From the NCBI GenBank assembly GCA_003650305.1, contig QMOV01000004.1, positions 1,194-65,193 on the forward strand: 64,000 nt of DNA, in the 5' to 3' direction. Both the position numbers and the translations under genes were made by a program. The notes below the pieces were generated by a model, which was not told the DNA's origin, ran no database searches, and saw only the letters and a list, made by a program, of their open reading frames with translations. Positions 38,171-47,853 of the stretch are shown here, one piece after another (position 1 is the first letter of the stretch; every line of letters begins with the position of its first letter). The DNA is from Bacteroidota bacterium (lineage in GTDB: Bacteria > Bacteroidota > Bacteroidia > Flavobacteriales > Flavobacteriaceae).

Positions 38171-38806
38171 ATGCAAATTATTTCCACCAACATAGCCAAA
38201 CCAATAACTATTTCTTGGAATGGAAAAAAGATTATTACTGGCATTTATAAAACGCCAACAAACAAACCTATTTATTTAGGCAAAAAAAATGTAAAAGGTG
38301 ATGAGGTTACCGATAGAAAACATCATGGTGGCAAATATAAAGCGTGTTATTTGTTTTCGGCAGACCATTATCCATATTGGCAAAACCTCTATCCAAATTT
38401 AGATTGGGATTGGGGAATGTTTGGAGAAAATCTTACAGTTTCGGGATTAGATGAAACCAAAATTTGCATTGGTGATATTTATAAAATAGGCAATGCTTTG
38501 GTGCAAGTTACTCAACCTAGAGAGCCTTGTTTTAAGTTTGGAGTTAAATTTGGAACGCAACATGTGTTAAAACAATTTATAACTCATGGTCGCCCAGGAA
38601 CTTATGTAAAGGTTCTTAAAGAAGGTTTTGTTAAAACAGGAGATTCTTTTAAGCTGGTTGAACAAGCCAAAAATAGTATTACATCATCTCAATTTTTTGA
38701 GCTTCTGTTTGCAAAACAAAAAAATCTACAACACCTCAAACTAGCTTTAGAAAACGAAGCTTTACCTTTAAAGAAAAGAATAAAATTGTCATCAATTAAA
38801 AAATAA
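38171..38806 (+). CDS. MOSC domain-containing protein
   Basis: 211 aa. The beta-barrel MOSC pattern (DEVTDRKHHGG ... GENLTVSGLDE ... VQVTQPREPCFKF) includes the conserved Cys. Confidence 0.8.
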   Translation: MQIISTNIAKPITISWNGKKIITGIYKTPTNKPIYLGKKNVKGDEVTDRKHHGGKYKACYLFSADHYPYWQNLYPNLDWDWGMFGENLTVSGLDETKICIGDIYKIGNALVQVTQPREPCFKFGVKFGTQHVLKQFITHGRPGTYVKVLKEGFVKTGDSFKLVEQAKNSITSSQFFELLFAKQKNLQHLKLALENEALPLKKRIKLSSIKK

Positions 38807-38844
38807 TTTGTTGTTTGTAACAAAAACATTTATAATAATAACGC

Positions 38845-38877
38845 AAAACCATTTCTAAATCTTTGAAGTGGTTTTTT
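38845..38877 (+). terminator. intrinsic terminator after the MOSC gene
   Basis: AAAACCATTTC-N9-GAAGTGGTTTT (one mismatch) followed by TT. Confidence 0.55.
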
Positions 38878-38914
38878 AATTTAAAGTTATTACCTTACAA
38901 CTAAATTAAAATTA

Positions 38915-40240
38915 ATGCAGAACGATTACACAAAACCAGAATTTAAAAAGCTACTCCAGAAATTACAAGAAGAAAGTTGGCAGTTAGAATTACTAATCTC
39001 TGGTTTTGCAATTTTTGGTTTATTTACAGCTATCCCAACAATTACCGAAAGCCTTAAAGAAGCCGAAAATAGTCAGCAAATTTATAAGTTTGTTATTTCA
39101 TTAATTGCAACAATATCCTGTTATATATTAATTTTTAATCTTTTGCTTCATGTGCTATTGCGTGGTTTATGGATAGGTGCTTTAGGATTGCGGTATGTGT
39201 CGGGAGATATTGATTATGATAGTTTAAAATACAGTCAGAAATTCACTAAATACCTAAAGAAACGAGTAGGCTCTTTTGACAAATATATTGGCACATTAGA
39301 AAATTATTGCAGTGTAATTTTTGCAATATCTTTTTTACTCATATTTTATCTATTAGCAATCACTTTTACCATACTTACAATCACTTTAATTGCTACTCAA
39401 TTAATAAGCAATGACGACTTACCAAATTGGTTATCGCAAGGTGTTGGTATAACCCTTGTGGTGTTTATAGTTTTCGGAATGTTTTTCACGTTAATAGATT
39501 TTATTACACTCGGTTTTCTTAAAAAGAAAAAATGGATATCTGTAATTTATTTCCCTGTGTATTGGGTATTCAACTTTATTACCTTGTCTTTTTTGTATAG
39601 ACCATTGGTTTATAATTTTCTAGACAATAAGTTTGGAAAACGATTAAGTTTTTCCCTAGTACCATTCTATATTTTAATTGCCTTAGCCACATCTCTTAAA
39701 TATAATGTTTCAAATTATTTAGGAACCGACATGACTTCTAACGATTTTGTTTCAAACAATAATAACTATGAAGATTTATTAAATGATAATAATGGATTTA
39801 TAGATAACGTAGCTATTCAATCAAAAGTCATCACTGATAATTATGTAAAAGTTTTTGTTTTATTTTCTGAAAATATCGAAAATCGCATTTTTGATTTCAA
39901 CCCATTATTAAAACCTGAAGAAGATAGACGTGGTTTGAGTTCGGATATTACATTTGGTAATGACTTTACGCTTAAGAGTAGTAAAAGAGATAGTCTAAGA
40001 CGTGCTTACTTAAAAACATTTAATGATATCTATTCAGTTAAAATAGACACCATTAAGTATGATACTGATTTTATTTTGGCTCATAGTAAAAACGATAAAT
40101 TAGGTTTTGAAACTTATGTAAGTACTAAAACTTTAGCTGAAGGCAAACATCTGTTAAAAGTTAATCGTAAAAGAATTAGAAAAGGAGATACAACAAATTG
40201 GAATGTATCTAAAATCCCATTTTGGTATTACAAAGATTAA
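38915..40240 (+). CDS. hypothetical polytopic membrane protein with a C-terminal soluble domain
   Basis: 441 aa. The N-terminal half has several hydrophobic helices and the roughly 180-aa C-terminal part is hydrophilic. I recognise no motif. Confidence 0.6.
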   Translation: MQNDYTKPEFKKLLQKLQEESWQLELLISGFAIFGLFTAIPTITESLKEAENSQQIYKFVISLIATISCYILIFNLLLHVLLRGLWIGALGLRYVSGDIDYDSLKYSQKFTKYLKKRVGSFDKYIGTLENYCSVIFAISFLLIFYLLAITFTILTITLIATQLISNDDLPNWLSQGVGITLVVFIVFGMFFTLIDFITLGFLKKKKWISVIYFPVYWVFNFITLSFLYRPLVYNFLDNKFGKRLSFSLVPFYILIALATSLKYNVSNYLGTDMTSNDFVSNNNNYEDLLNDNNGFIDNVAIQSKVITDNYVKVFVLFSENIENRIFDFNPLLKPEEDRRGLSSDITFGNDFTLKSSKRDSLRRAYLKTFNDIYSVKIDTIKYDTDFILAHSKNDKLGFETYVSTKTLAEGKHLLKVNRKRIRKGDTTNWNVSKIPFWYYKD

Positions 40241-40659
40241 TATTCTAATCGCTTATCAAAATAATGTTTCATCATAGGTATTTGTACAAAAAACAATAAA
40301 CCACATAAACCTACCGCATACATTAAAGTTTTAGAGAAGGTAATTCCAGAAATTGCTTCAGTTACTTTATTATTAGTAATAATGCTGAAGTCTATAGTGT
40401 CAAACCATCCTAACCCTTCCAATCCACTACCAAAAATACCATAAGACAAACTACCAATTACTAAAATTGAAATTAGTAACCAAGCTCTTTTTGAGATTAA
40501 AGGCTTATAAACTGTTATATGACTTATAGCTGAAGCTTCAACTTTTTCCATAATATTAGCTGTAAAATCTAACGATGGACTTTCAAGTAATGACGATTTC
40601 ATCACTTTTTTTACCAATTTATCTAAATGCTGTTCTGTATGATCCTTCATAACTTTCAA
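40237..40659 (-). CDS. membrane protein downstream of the ECF sigma factor (candidate anti-sigma factor)
   Basis: 140 aa with a TTG start overlapping the sigma gene by 41 nt, a short cytoplasmic N-terminus and then three hydrophobic segments. The role is inferred from position only. Confidence 0.45.
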   Translation of the reverse strand: MKVMKDHTEQHLDKLVKKVMKSSLLESPSLDFTANIMEKVEASAISHITVYKPLISKRAWLLISILVIGSLSYGIFGSGLEGLGWFDTIDFSIITNNKVTEAISGITFSKTLMYAVGLCGLLFFVQIPMMKHYFDKRLEY

Positions 40660-41218
40660 TGGTTTCGTTATCTAATTGTCCTTTTAGTATGGTCGCCAAT
40701 TTTTTACGACTTCTAAAAATTTTCACTTTTACATTATTTGGTTTCAAACTTGTAATTTTTGATATTTCGTCTAAAGATAATTCTTCAAAATAATATAAGG
40801 TTAATAAAAAACTATCTTCACTTGGTAATAACTCCAAGCAATTTTTAATTGCTTGTTGTTTTTCTTGTTCTTCAATTTTATCAAGAGCATTATCAATAGT
40901 CTTTACTTGATGCTCTGTATATTCGTCTATTGCAACAGTATATTGTTGTCGTTTATTCTTTTTTAATCGATCTAAACAAGTATTATAAGCCACTTTATAA
41001 ATCCAAGTTGAAAATTTTGAGTCTCCTTTAAATTTAGTTAATGATTTATAGACCTTAATAAAAGTGTCCTGAGCAACTTCTTCTGCCTCTTCCCTATTCT
41101 TCATCATTCTCAAGGATAATGTATATACCAAATCCTTATAGCGATCTACCAATACAGTAAATGCACTGGTATCTCCATCTAATATTTTGTTTATATAAAC
41201 TTGATCGTTGGTGGTCAT
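40619..41218 (-). CDS. RNA polymerase ECF-type sigma-70 factor
   Basis: 199 aa with region 2 (YKDLVYTLSLRMMKNREEAEEVAQDTFIKVY ... FSTWIYKVAYN) and region 4 HTH (LSLDEISKITSLKPNNVKVKIFRSRKKL). Confidence 0.85.
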   Translation of the reverse strand: MTTNDQVYINKILDGDTSAFTVLVDRYKDLVYTLSLRMMKNREEAEEVAQDTFIKVYKSLTKFKGDSKFSTWIYKVAYNTCLDRLKKNKRQQYTVAIDEYTEHQVKTIDNALDKIEEQEKQQAIKNCLELLPSEDSFLLTLYYFEELSLDEISKITSLKPNNVKVKIFRSRKKLATILKGQLDNETIESYEGSYRTAFR

Positions 41219-41227
41219 CTATAACTA

Positions 41228-41255
41228 AGACTATTTATATGTTGTTTAGGTTACA
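41228..41255 (-). promoter_or_regulatory. candidate autoregulatory ECF-type promoter for the sigma/anti-sigma operon
   Basis: The minus strand reads TGTAACC-N17-GTCT, ending 10 nt before the sigma-factor ATG. It has the same -35 heptamer as the divergent promoter. Confidence 0.35.
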
Positions 41256-41289
41256 CATTCTTGAATAAAAATAAAAAATCGCAAAAAGA

Positions 41290-41316
41290 TGTAACCATAT
41301 TCGAAAAGCTGTCGTC
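41290..41316 (+). promoter_or_regulatory. candidate ECF-sigma-dependent promoter for the small membrane protein gene
   Basis: TGTAACC-N16-CGTC, i.e. an AAC-containing -35 and a CGT-containing -10 at ECF spacing, about 46 nt upstream of ATG 41363. Confidence 0.4.
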
Positions 41317-41362
41317 ATAAGCTATGAACACATTAAATATAATCAATTAAAAACAAACAATT

Positions 41363-41698
41363 ATGGAAGTAGCAATTTTAGCAGTTATATTCGGTTCAAT
41401 CTTCGGTGTATTTTATTTATATATTTCGAGTCGAAATAAGGAGCGATTAGCATTAATAGAAAAAGGAGCTGATGCAAGTATTTTTAACCTTGGTAAAAGA
41501 GCAGGTTCATCTTGGAAAGTCATTGTACTTAACTTTGCATTCCTTTTAATGGGTGTGGGTTTAGGAACATTTCTAGCTAGTATTTTAGATACCTATTCTA
41601 ATTTAGACTCTGACGCTGTATATCCAGCTCTTATTTTCTTTATGGCTGGAGTTGGTTTGTATGTAGGATTTACACAAACAAGAAAGGTTGTAGATTAA
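41363..41698 (+). CDS. small three-helix membrane protein, function unknown
   Basis: 111-aa ORF, preceded by an ECF-type promoter motif and followed by a strong intrinsic terminator. Confidence 0.6.
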   Translation: MEVAILAVIFGSIFGVFYLYISSRNKERLALIEKGADASIFNLGKRAGSSWKVIVLNFAFLLMGVGLGTFLASILDTYSNLDSDAVYPALIFFMAGVGLYVGFTQTRKVVD

Positions 41699-41720
41699 AT
41701 TAAAAATCAATCAAATTATT

Positions 41721-41753
41721 AAAACCGCTTCATTTAATTGAAGCGGTTTTTTT
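41721..41753 (+). terminator. intrinsic terminator after the small membrane protein gene
   Basis: AAAACCGCTTCA-TTTAAT-TGAAGCGGTTTT followed by TTT. Confidence 0.85.
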
Positions 41754-41831
41754 ACATTAACTGAATGCATATCGAGTTATATTTAATAAATTATGTACCT
41801 TCAACTAACGATATAATTAAAAACTACAATT

Positions 41832-42701
41832 TTGGAAGAAAAATTAATTATTAATTTTACTCCAACAGGTATGATTCCTACAAAGGAAATGACTTCTCAT
41901 GTACCTGTTAGTGTTTCAGAAATCATTGATGATGTTCATAAAGTTAGTGAAGTTGGCATTACGATGGTACATTTACACGCCAGAGATTCTATTAATGGAA
42001 AACCAGCTTATGAAAAAGAAATTTATGCTGAGATTATTAGTGGGATTCGTAAGTATGCTCCAAGGCTTGTTATTTGTGTTTCATTAAGTGGTAGGGATTT
42101 TAGTGAACTATCGCAACGTTCAGATGCACTCTACCTAGAAGATTCGTTAAAACCAGACATGGGAAGTTTAACGTTGAGTTCTTTAAATTTCAATAATATG
42201 GCAAGCGTAAATACGCCTCAAATGGTGCAGGACTTAGCAAAGGTTATGAAGGAAAAAGGTATAGTACCCGAATTAGAAGTTTTTGATGCTGGTATGATTA
42301 ATTATGCTAAATATCTTGAAAAAAAACACCTCATTCAACCACCATATTATTTTAATTTATTACTTGGTAATATAGCATGTGCACAAGCCGACATTCTTCA
42401 CACAGGCATAATGATTAATGATTTACCAAAAGATTCCTATTGGAGTTTGGCAGGCATAGGTAACAATCAACTTAAAATGAACTCTCTTTCAATCGCTATT
42501 GGAGGAGGTGTAAGAGTTGGTATTGAAGACAATATTTGGTTTGATACTTCTAGAACAAAATTGGCTACAAATTTAAAATTTATTGAAAGAATTCATGTTA
42601 TAGCCCAGGCAAACGAACGCGAGATTATGACTCCAGAGGAATTCCGGATAAAGATGCACATGCTTCCTGGTAATGGAAGCTATGGTCGAAAGAACCTTTA
42701 A
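41832..42701 (+). CDS. BKACE family enzyme (3-keto-5-aminohexanoate cleavage enzyme-like, DUF849)
   Basis: 289 aa with a TTG start. The N-terminal LIINFTPTGMIPTKE, HLHARD and TIM-barrel pattern are typical of the BKACE family. Confidence 0.75.
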   Translation: MEEKLIINFTPTGMIPTKEMTSHVPVSVSEIIDDVHKVSEVGITMVHLHARDSINGKPAYEKEIYAEIISGIRKYAPRLVICVSLSGRDFSELSQRSDALYLEDSLKPDMGSLTLSSLNFNNMASVNTPQMVQDLAKVMKEKGIVPELEVFDAGMINYAKYLEKKHLIQPPYYFNLLLGNIACAQADILHTGIMINDLPKDSYWSLAGIGNNQLKMNSLSIAIGGGVRVGIEDNIWFDTSRTKLATNLKFIERIHVIAQANEREIMTPEEFRIKMHMLPGNGSYGRKNL

Positions 42702-42712
42702 ATAAATAATCT

Positions 42713-43357
42713 ATGGGAATTAAACATGTTGAATCAATTTCTGTATCTAAACGATTTTGGAATGTAATAACAAATGGGTTGCTTATTTTTGGTATAAGAA
42801 ATAGATTGGCTCTCATTGGGCTGGACATAACCCCCTATTACTGGGTGCAAGAAGAGATTGAAGAATGTCAAGAACCTGTAATTAAGGGAGACCCTAATGA
42901 ATATATATTTAGATATTTAAATTTTGATGAGGTTATATTAATAGCTAACAAAGTGCCAAATAGGTTTGGAAGAAATTTAATAAATGGCTTCAAAAATGGC
43001 CAATTATGTATTGGTTTGGAACATAATAACAATATTGCAGCCTACATGTTTATTGAATTAAATGACTTTACATTTAATCATAGAACTTTTAAACTAAAAA
43101 ATAATGAAGCGTATTTATTAAATATGTGGACTTTTCATTCGTACAGAGGTAAAAATTTAGCACCTTATTTACGTTATCAAAGTTATCAATTACTAAAAGA
43201 ACAAGGAAGACACATAAAATATAGTATTACAGATTATTTCAACAAATCATCTATAAAATTTAAAAATAAACTAAACTCAAAACATCTTAAACTTTTTATT
43301 AGTATTGAATTATTTAAAAAGTTACAATGGAATTTTGTGCTAAAAAAATTTACATAA
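42713..43357 (+). CDS. GNAT-like N-acyltransferase (weak assignment)
   Basis: 214 aa with a motif A-like segment, AYLLNMWTFHSYRGKNLAPYLRYQSYQLLKEQG. It starts 11 nt after the BKACE gene. Confidence 0.45.
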   Translation: MGIKHVESISVSKRFWNVITNGLLIFGIRNRLALIGLDITPYYWVQEEIEECQEPVIKGDPNEYIFRYLNFDEVILIANKVPNRFGRNLINGFKNGQLCIGLEHNNNIAAYMFIELNDFTFNHRTFKLKNNEAYLLNMWTFHSYRGKNLAPYLRYQSYQLLKEQGRHIKYSITDYFNKSSIKFKNKLNSKHLKLFISIELFKKLQWNFVLKKFT

Positions 43358-43443
43358 ATAAAAAAGGATAAGGGAATAGTAATTAAATTGAATGAAAAGA
43401 GCTTATAAAAGTGTAATTTTTACTTGCACAAATAAAATCAAAT

Positions 43444-44484
43444 TTACTCTGTATAAATCCTATTTTCCTGCTCGGCAACTCTAATAAATGTTGTGCGTTT
43501 GGTAAGTTCTTTTAAGCGTAGCGCACCAACATAAGTACAGGTACTACGCAAACCACCAAGAATATCTTGTAAAGTTGTTTCTACATCGCCTCTAAAAGGG
43601 ACTTCTACAATTTTGCCTTCACTAGCACGATATTCTGCAACCTCACCAACGTGTTTTTTCATAGCAGTAGTGGAGCTCATACCATAAAATTGTTTAAAAG
43701 GTTTACCATTGCGTTCTACGAGTTCGCCACCACTTTCGTTATGTCCTGCAAGCATACCACCAAGCATTACAAAATCGGCTCCTGCACCAAAAGCTTTAGC
43801 AATGTCTCCTGGACTACTGCATCCACCATCACTAATTATTTGTCCACCTAAACCATGTGCAGCCTCTGCACATTCAATAATGGCAGAGAGTTGAGGATAA
43901 CCAACACCTGTTTTTACACGAGTTGTACAAACAGAACCTGGACCAATACCAACCTTTATAATATCTGATCCAGCAAGTAAGAGTTCTTCAACCATTTCTC
44001 CAGTTACCACATTACCAGCAATAATAACTTTATTAGGATAGGTTTCTCTGGTTTGCTTTACAAAATCTGCAAAGCGTTCACTATAACCATTTGCTACATC
44101 AATACAAATAAATTTAATAGTCGAATTAACCTCAAGTATAGATGCTAATTTTTTAACATCCTTTGGCTTTATTCCTGTACTTATAGCGATATAATCTCCT
44201 ATATCTTTTGGTGCATTTGCTATAAATGCATTCCAATCTGTAATGGAGTAGTGTTTGTGTATTGCTGTTATAAGTTTGTTTTTAGCAAGAGCTGTAGCCA
44301 TATTAAAAGTGCCTACTGTATCCATATTTGCAGCTATAACAGGAATACCTTCCCAACTATTATTAGCATGTAAAAATTTAAATTCTCTTTGTAGAGAAAC
44401 TTGAGATCTGCTCTTTAAAGTAGAACGTTTAGGGCGAATCATAACATCTTTGAAGCCTAATTTTAAGTCGCTTTCTATTCGCAT
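43444..44484 (-). CDS. guaC: GMP reductase
   Basis: 346 aa. The N-terminus [29 protein letters not shown], the catalytic loop [11 protein letters not shown] and the lack of a CBS insert favour GuaC over IMPDH. Confidence 0.88.
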   Translation of the reverse strand: MRIESDLKLGFKDVMIRPKRSTLKSRSQVSLQREFKFLHANNSWEGIPVIAANMDTVGTFNMATALAKNKLITAIHKHYSITDWNAFIANAPKDIGDYIAISTGIKPKDVKKLASILEVNSTIKFICIDVANGYSERFADFVKQTRETYPNKVIIAGNVVTGEMVEELLLAGSDIIKVGIGPGSVCTTRVKTGVGYPQLSAIIECAEAAHGLGGQIISDGGCSSPGDIAKAFGAGADFVMLGGMLAGHNESGGELVERNGKPFKQFYGMSSTTAMKKHVGEVAEYRASEGKIVEVPFRGDVETTLQDILGGLRSTCTYVGALRLKELTKRTTFIRVAEQENRIYTE

Positions 44485-44584
44485 TATTCTTGAAGTATTT
44501 GGTTACATTCAAAGTTATGACTTTTGAAATTTACAGCGAGTATTTTTCAAAAATAATTTATTAACAACATGTAAAATCTATCAA

Positions 44585-44965
44585 TTATATTACAGCAATC
44601 ATACTAATCTCAACATTTACATATTTTGGCAGGTTAGCAACTTCAACGGTTTCTCGAGCTGGAGCATTTTCATCATTAAAATACTTACTATAAACTTCAT
44701 TTATTTGCGAGAAATTTTCCATATCGCTTATAAAAATTGAAGTCTTCACGACATTATCAAAAGTCATGTTTGCCGCTTCAAGTACAACTTTCATGTTTTC
44801 CATTACTTGTGTAGTTTCAGTTTTAATGTCGTCTAAAACTAATTCTCCAGTTTCTGGATGCAATGCTATTTGTCCTGATGTATAAAGGGTGTTTCCGCTT
44901 AATATTGCTTGGTTATAAGGACCAATTGGAGCAGGAGCTTTTGTTGTAGTGATTATTTTTTTCAT
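44585..44965 (-). CDS. ridA: RidA family reactive-intermediate deaminase
   Basis: 126 aa with APAPIGPYNQA and a C-terminal ARETVEVANLP motif. Confidence 0.88.
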   Translation of the reverse strand: MKKIITTTKAPAPIGPYNQAILSGNTLYTSGQIALHPETGELVLDDIKTETTQVMENMKVVLEAANMTFDNVVKTSIFISDMENFSQINEVYSKYFNDENAPARETVEVANLPKYVNVEISMIAVI

Positions 44966-44990
44966 CTATCTTTTATAAATTTTTAAAAAC

Positions 44991-47744
44991 CTAAAGCTGT
45001 TTATCTCTTACTTTATGTTTGTCGTATTTAAGATCTTTGAGTATGCTGGATTTTATGCCTATAAAGAAATTCCATGAGCTACGCGTGCTAAAAGGAACCC
45101 AAGAAAAATTCATTCGCCAACTTAATAAATCTCTCTCAAAACGTAATTGTGTATAGGTAACACCTTTGTTTTTTAAATCGTAACCAGAAGATGCTCCAAT
45201 ACTCCACCTTGGCGATATGTCTATATCTCCTGAAAACATTAAAGAATGTGATGAAATCTCGTTTTGTCGTCTCGTATTGCTATAATTTACTGCATAGGCA
45301 ATTCGTAAACTCCAAGGCATTTTATACGAAAATAATTCACTAGGTTTTTCGTCTTCTTTGGAGTTATCTTCATTAGAATTCAGTCTTTGGTCTGCAAAAT
45401 CTTCTGGTCTCCCAAAGAGGTCGTCGTCACGACCACCACTTCTTAAAGACTCATCTCTTGCAGCTTGGTTTTCAGTTTTAGATGTATCAAAATCTTTGCT
45501 AGATAAGGTATAGTTCATGGTTAGATTGGCACTGGTTAACCTAAAAAGACTTCCGCCATTATCTATATTAAACGTATTAATTTTATTATTGTTATTATCT
45601 AATGCATAAGGATCTAAAGTTGCACCAAAGTTTATGCTCATTTTATTATCTAGAATTTGAGTGCCTCCTGTCATTCTAACAGGACTCCATTTTAAAGAAT
45701 CTCCAGCAATATTGTAAGATGTAGAAAAGTTTAAATTGTTAAGCAATTTAATTTTTTTAGCTTCAGTAGCTGTACTGTCTTTATCTCTTACTTTTGCTTC
45801 AAAATTATTACCCAAAGAGAAGCCTATAGAGCTTGCAAAATTATTGCCTGGCACTCCAAAAATGGATTCTTCAAATCGTGTAAAATCTACTTCCTCTATT
45901 AAAGTACCATCTGCATCAACGACTTCATAGGTATCATAATATTTATTAAAAGCAGGAGAAATATTATAACTAATGGATGGACGCATAACATGCCTAATTG
46001 CTTGTATTTTTTTATCTTCTCCAAAATCAAACATACCATAAATTGTTGTTCCTATACTAGCACTAAAATTATAGGTTCTAAAAGCATCAAAATTATTATT
46101 TTCGGTGGTAACAACTTCTAATAAATTTGGATCGAAGGTTTTATTAATCGTTTTTAATGTCCAGGTTTCTTGAAAATTTGTGCTTGCACTTACACTTAAA
46201 TACTTAAATATTTTAAAGTTTGTACTTAGCGGAATACTGTGCTGCATACCAACTTTGGCATCTTCAAACATTTCCTTTTTAAAGAATAATGAGTCTGTGG
46301 TTTGAATCCTGTTTTCTCCACGAACATTATATTGCAGATTTATATTTTGAAAGATTCCTTTTTTGCTTCCAACTTTAGGAGCAAATGGGAAAACACGATC
46401 TACACTTGCTTGAAACGTTGGTAATGTCATATTTATAGATTCTGTATTGGTGTTTTGAGAATGCGTAGCAGTAAGGCTCAAATTTACTTGTGGTTCGGTT
46501 TGAAAGGTCTTTGAATACGAAATAGATGAAGATAACGTATTGTTTAAAAAATTCGACGTGTTTAATTGATTGATTGATTGCTGAAAATAAGTGCTGCTTC
46601 CTAAATTTACAGATGCCGAAAAACTTGAATTTGGATTAGCCTTTCCATCTTTACTATGTGACCACCTAATATTATATATAGAGCTTTTGGCATAATCTGG
46701 AAAACCACGTTCGCTTGTTATTAAGTTTTCAAACCTAAAACTAAGATTACCTCTAAATTTATAACGCAAAGCATATGCACTTTGCAAACGCAAGCCATAA
46801 CTACCATTGGTATAGGAATCTCCTAATACAGCAAGATCTACATAATCGTTAATCGCAAAATAATAACCTCCATTTTGAATATTATATCCTCTATTACTGT
46901 CTTCTCCAAACGTGGGGAAAATTACTCCAGAAGTACGTTTTTTTGTTAAAGGAAAGAAGGCAAAAGGTAATCCTATTGGTGTTGGTACATCTGCAATAAA
47001 TAAATTTGTTAAACCAGTAACTACTTTTTTTCCAGGAACAATTTTTGCTTTACGAAGCAAAATATAATATTCAGGATTTTCTGGGTCATCAGAGGTTGTA
47101 AATTTTGCGCGATTAACAAAATAAACCGAATCGTTTTCTTTTTTAGTAATTTCTGAAATTATTAAGCCACCTTCTTGTTCAGTCTTCGAGTTAAATATTA
47201 ATGCTTTTTGTGTTTTTGTGTTAAAGATTAAAGAATCTGGTTCTACAACATCGCTACCTTGTTTAAATATTGGTGCTTGTGTATATTCTCCCAAACTATC
47301 TTTTATTCCTCTAGCATAAACTTCATTTTTAGCATAATTAATCACTATTTCACCAGCAGTAATCTCCATATCTTGGTAAAGCATTTTTGCTTCATTATAG
47401 AGATATATTTTTTCTTCCTTTTGGTTTATAGATACATAATCAGTTGCAGTATATGTCATTATATCTTCCAACAATCCTTTCTTTTTCGGAATACTATCCT
47501 GAATTATTGAATCTTGCTGTTTAGTGTTTATAGGCTTTATTAATAAAGAATCTAAAGTAATGTTTACAGAGTCTTTAGAAACTTTGGAAGCAAGAATTGG
47601 CTTTGTTCTGAGTACATCTTGAGCAAAGTTAAAAGTGTTTATAAACACTGTAAAACTTAAGGCAAAAAGTATTTGAAAGATATTTGTTCGCAATGCTTTT
47701 AGATGTATTTTTGTAAAATTATGGCTCGGTTTTTGAATAGCCAA
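44991..47744 (-). CDS. LptD-like LPS-assembly outer-membrane protein
   Basis: 917 aa with an N-terminal OstA-like beta-jellyroll region followed by a very large beta-barrel-type body. It neighbours an amidase and MlaD. Confidence 0.55.
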   Translation of the reverse strand: MAIQKPSHNFTKIHLKALRTNIFQILFALSFTVFINTFNFAQDVLRTKPILASKVSKDSVNITLDSLLIKPINTKQQDSIIQDSIPKKKGLLEDIMTYTATDYVSINQKEEKIYLYNEAKMLYQDMEITAGEIVINYAKNEVYARGIKDSLGEYTQAPIFKQGSDVVEPDSLIFNTKTQKALIFNSKTEQEGGLIISEITKKENDSVYFVNRAKFTTSDDPENPEYYILLRKAKIVPGKKVVTGLTNLFIADVPTPIGLPFAFFPLTKKRTSGVIFPTFGEDSNRGYNIQNGGYYFAINDYVDLAVLGDSYTNGSYGLRLQSAYALRYKFRGNLSFRFENLITSERGFPDYAKSSIYNIRWSHSKDGKANPNSSFSASVNLGSSTYFQQSINQLNTSNFLNNTLSSSISYSKTFQTEPQVNLSLTATHSQNTNTESINMTLPTFQASVDRVFPFAPKVGSKKGIFQNINLQYNVRGENRIQTTDSLFFKKEMFEDAKVGMQHSIPLSTNFKIFKYLSVSASTNFQETWTLKTINKTFDPNLLEVVTTENNNFDAFRTYNFSASIGTTIYGMFDFGEDKKIQAIRHVMRPSISYNISPAFNKYYDTYEVVDADGTLIEEVDFTRFEESIFGVPGNNFASSIGFSLGNNFEAKVRDKDSTATEAKKIKLLNNLNFSTSYNIAGDSLKWSPVRMTGGTQILDNKMSINFGATLDPYALDNNNNKINTFNIDNGGSLFRLTSANLTMNYTLSSKDFDTSKTENQAARDESLRSGGRDDDLFGRPEDFADQRLNSNEDNSKEDEKPSELFSYKMPWSLRIAYAVNYSNTRRQNEISSHSLMFSGDIDISPRWSIGASSGYDLKNKGVTYTQLRFERDLLSWRMNFSWVPFSTRSSWNFFIGIKSSILKDLKYDKHKVRDKQL

Positions 47745-47853
47745 AGTTACATATATTTTTTTGTGATTATTTTAATATTGTAAAAATTAAAATTTAAACT
47801 TGTGCTCAACTAGATTGGGTAATAAACCGAGTTCTTAAACCGTTAAAGTCTTT

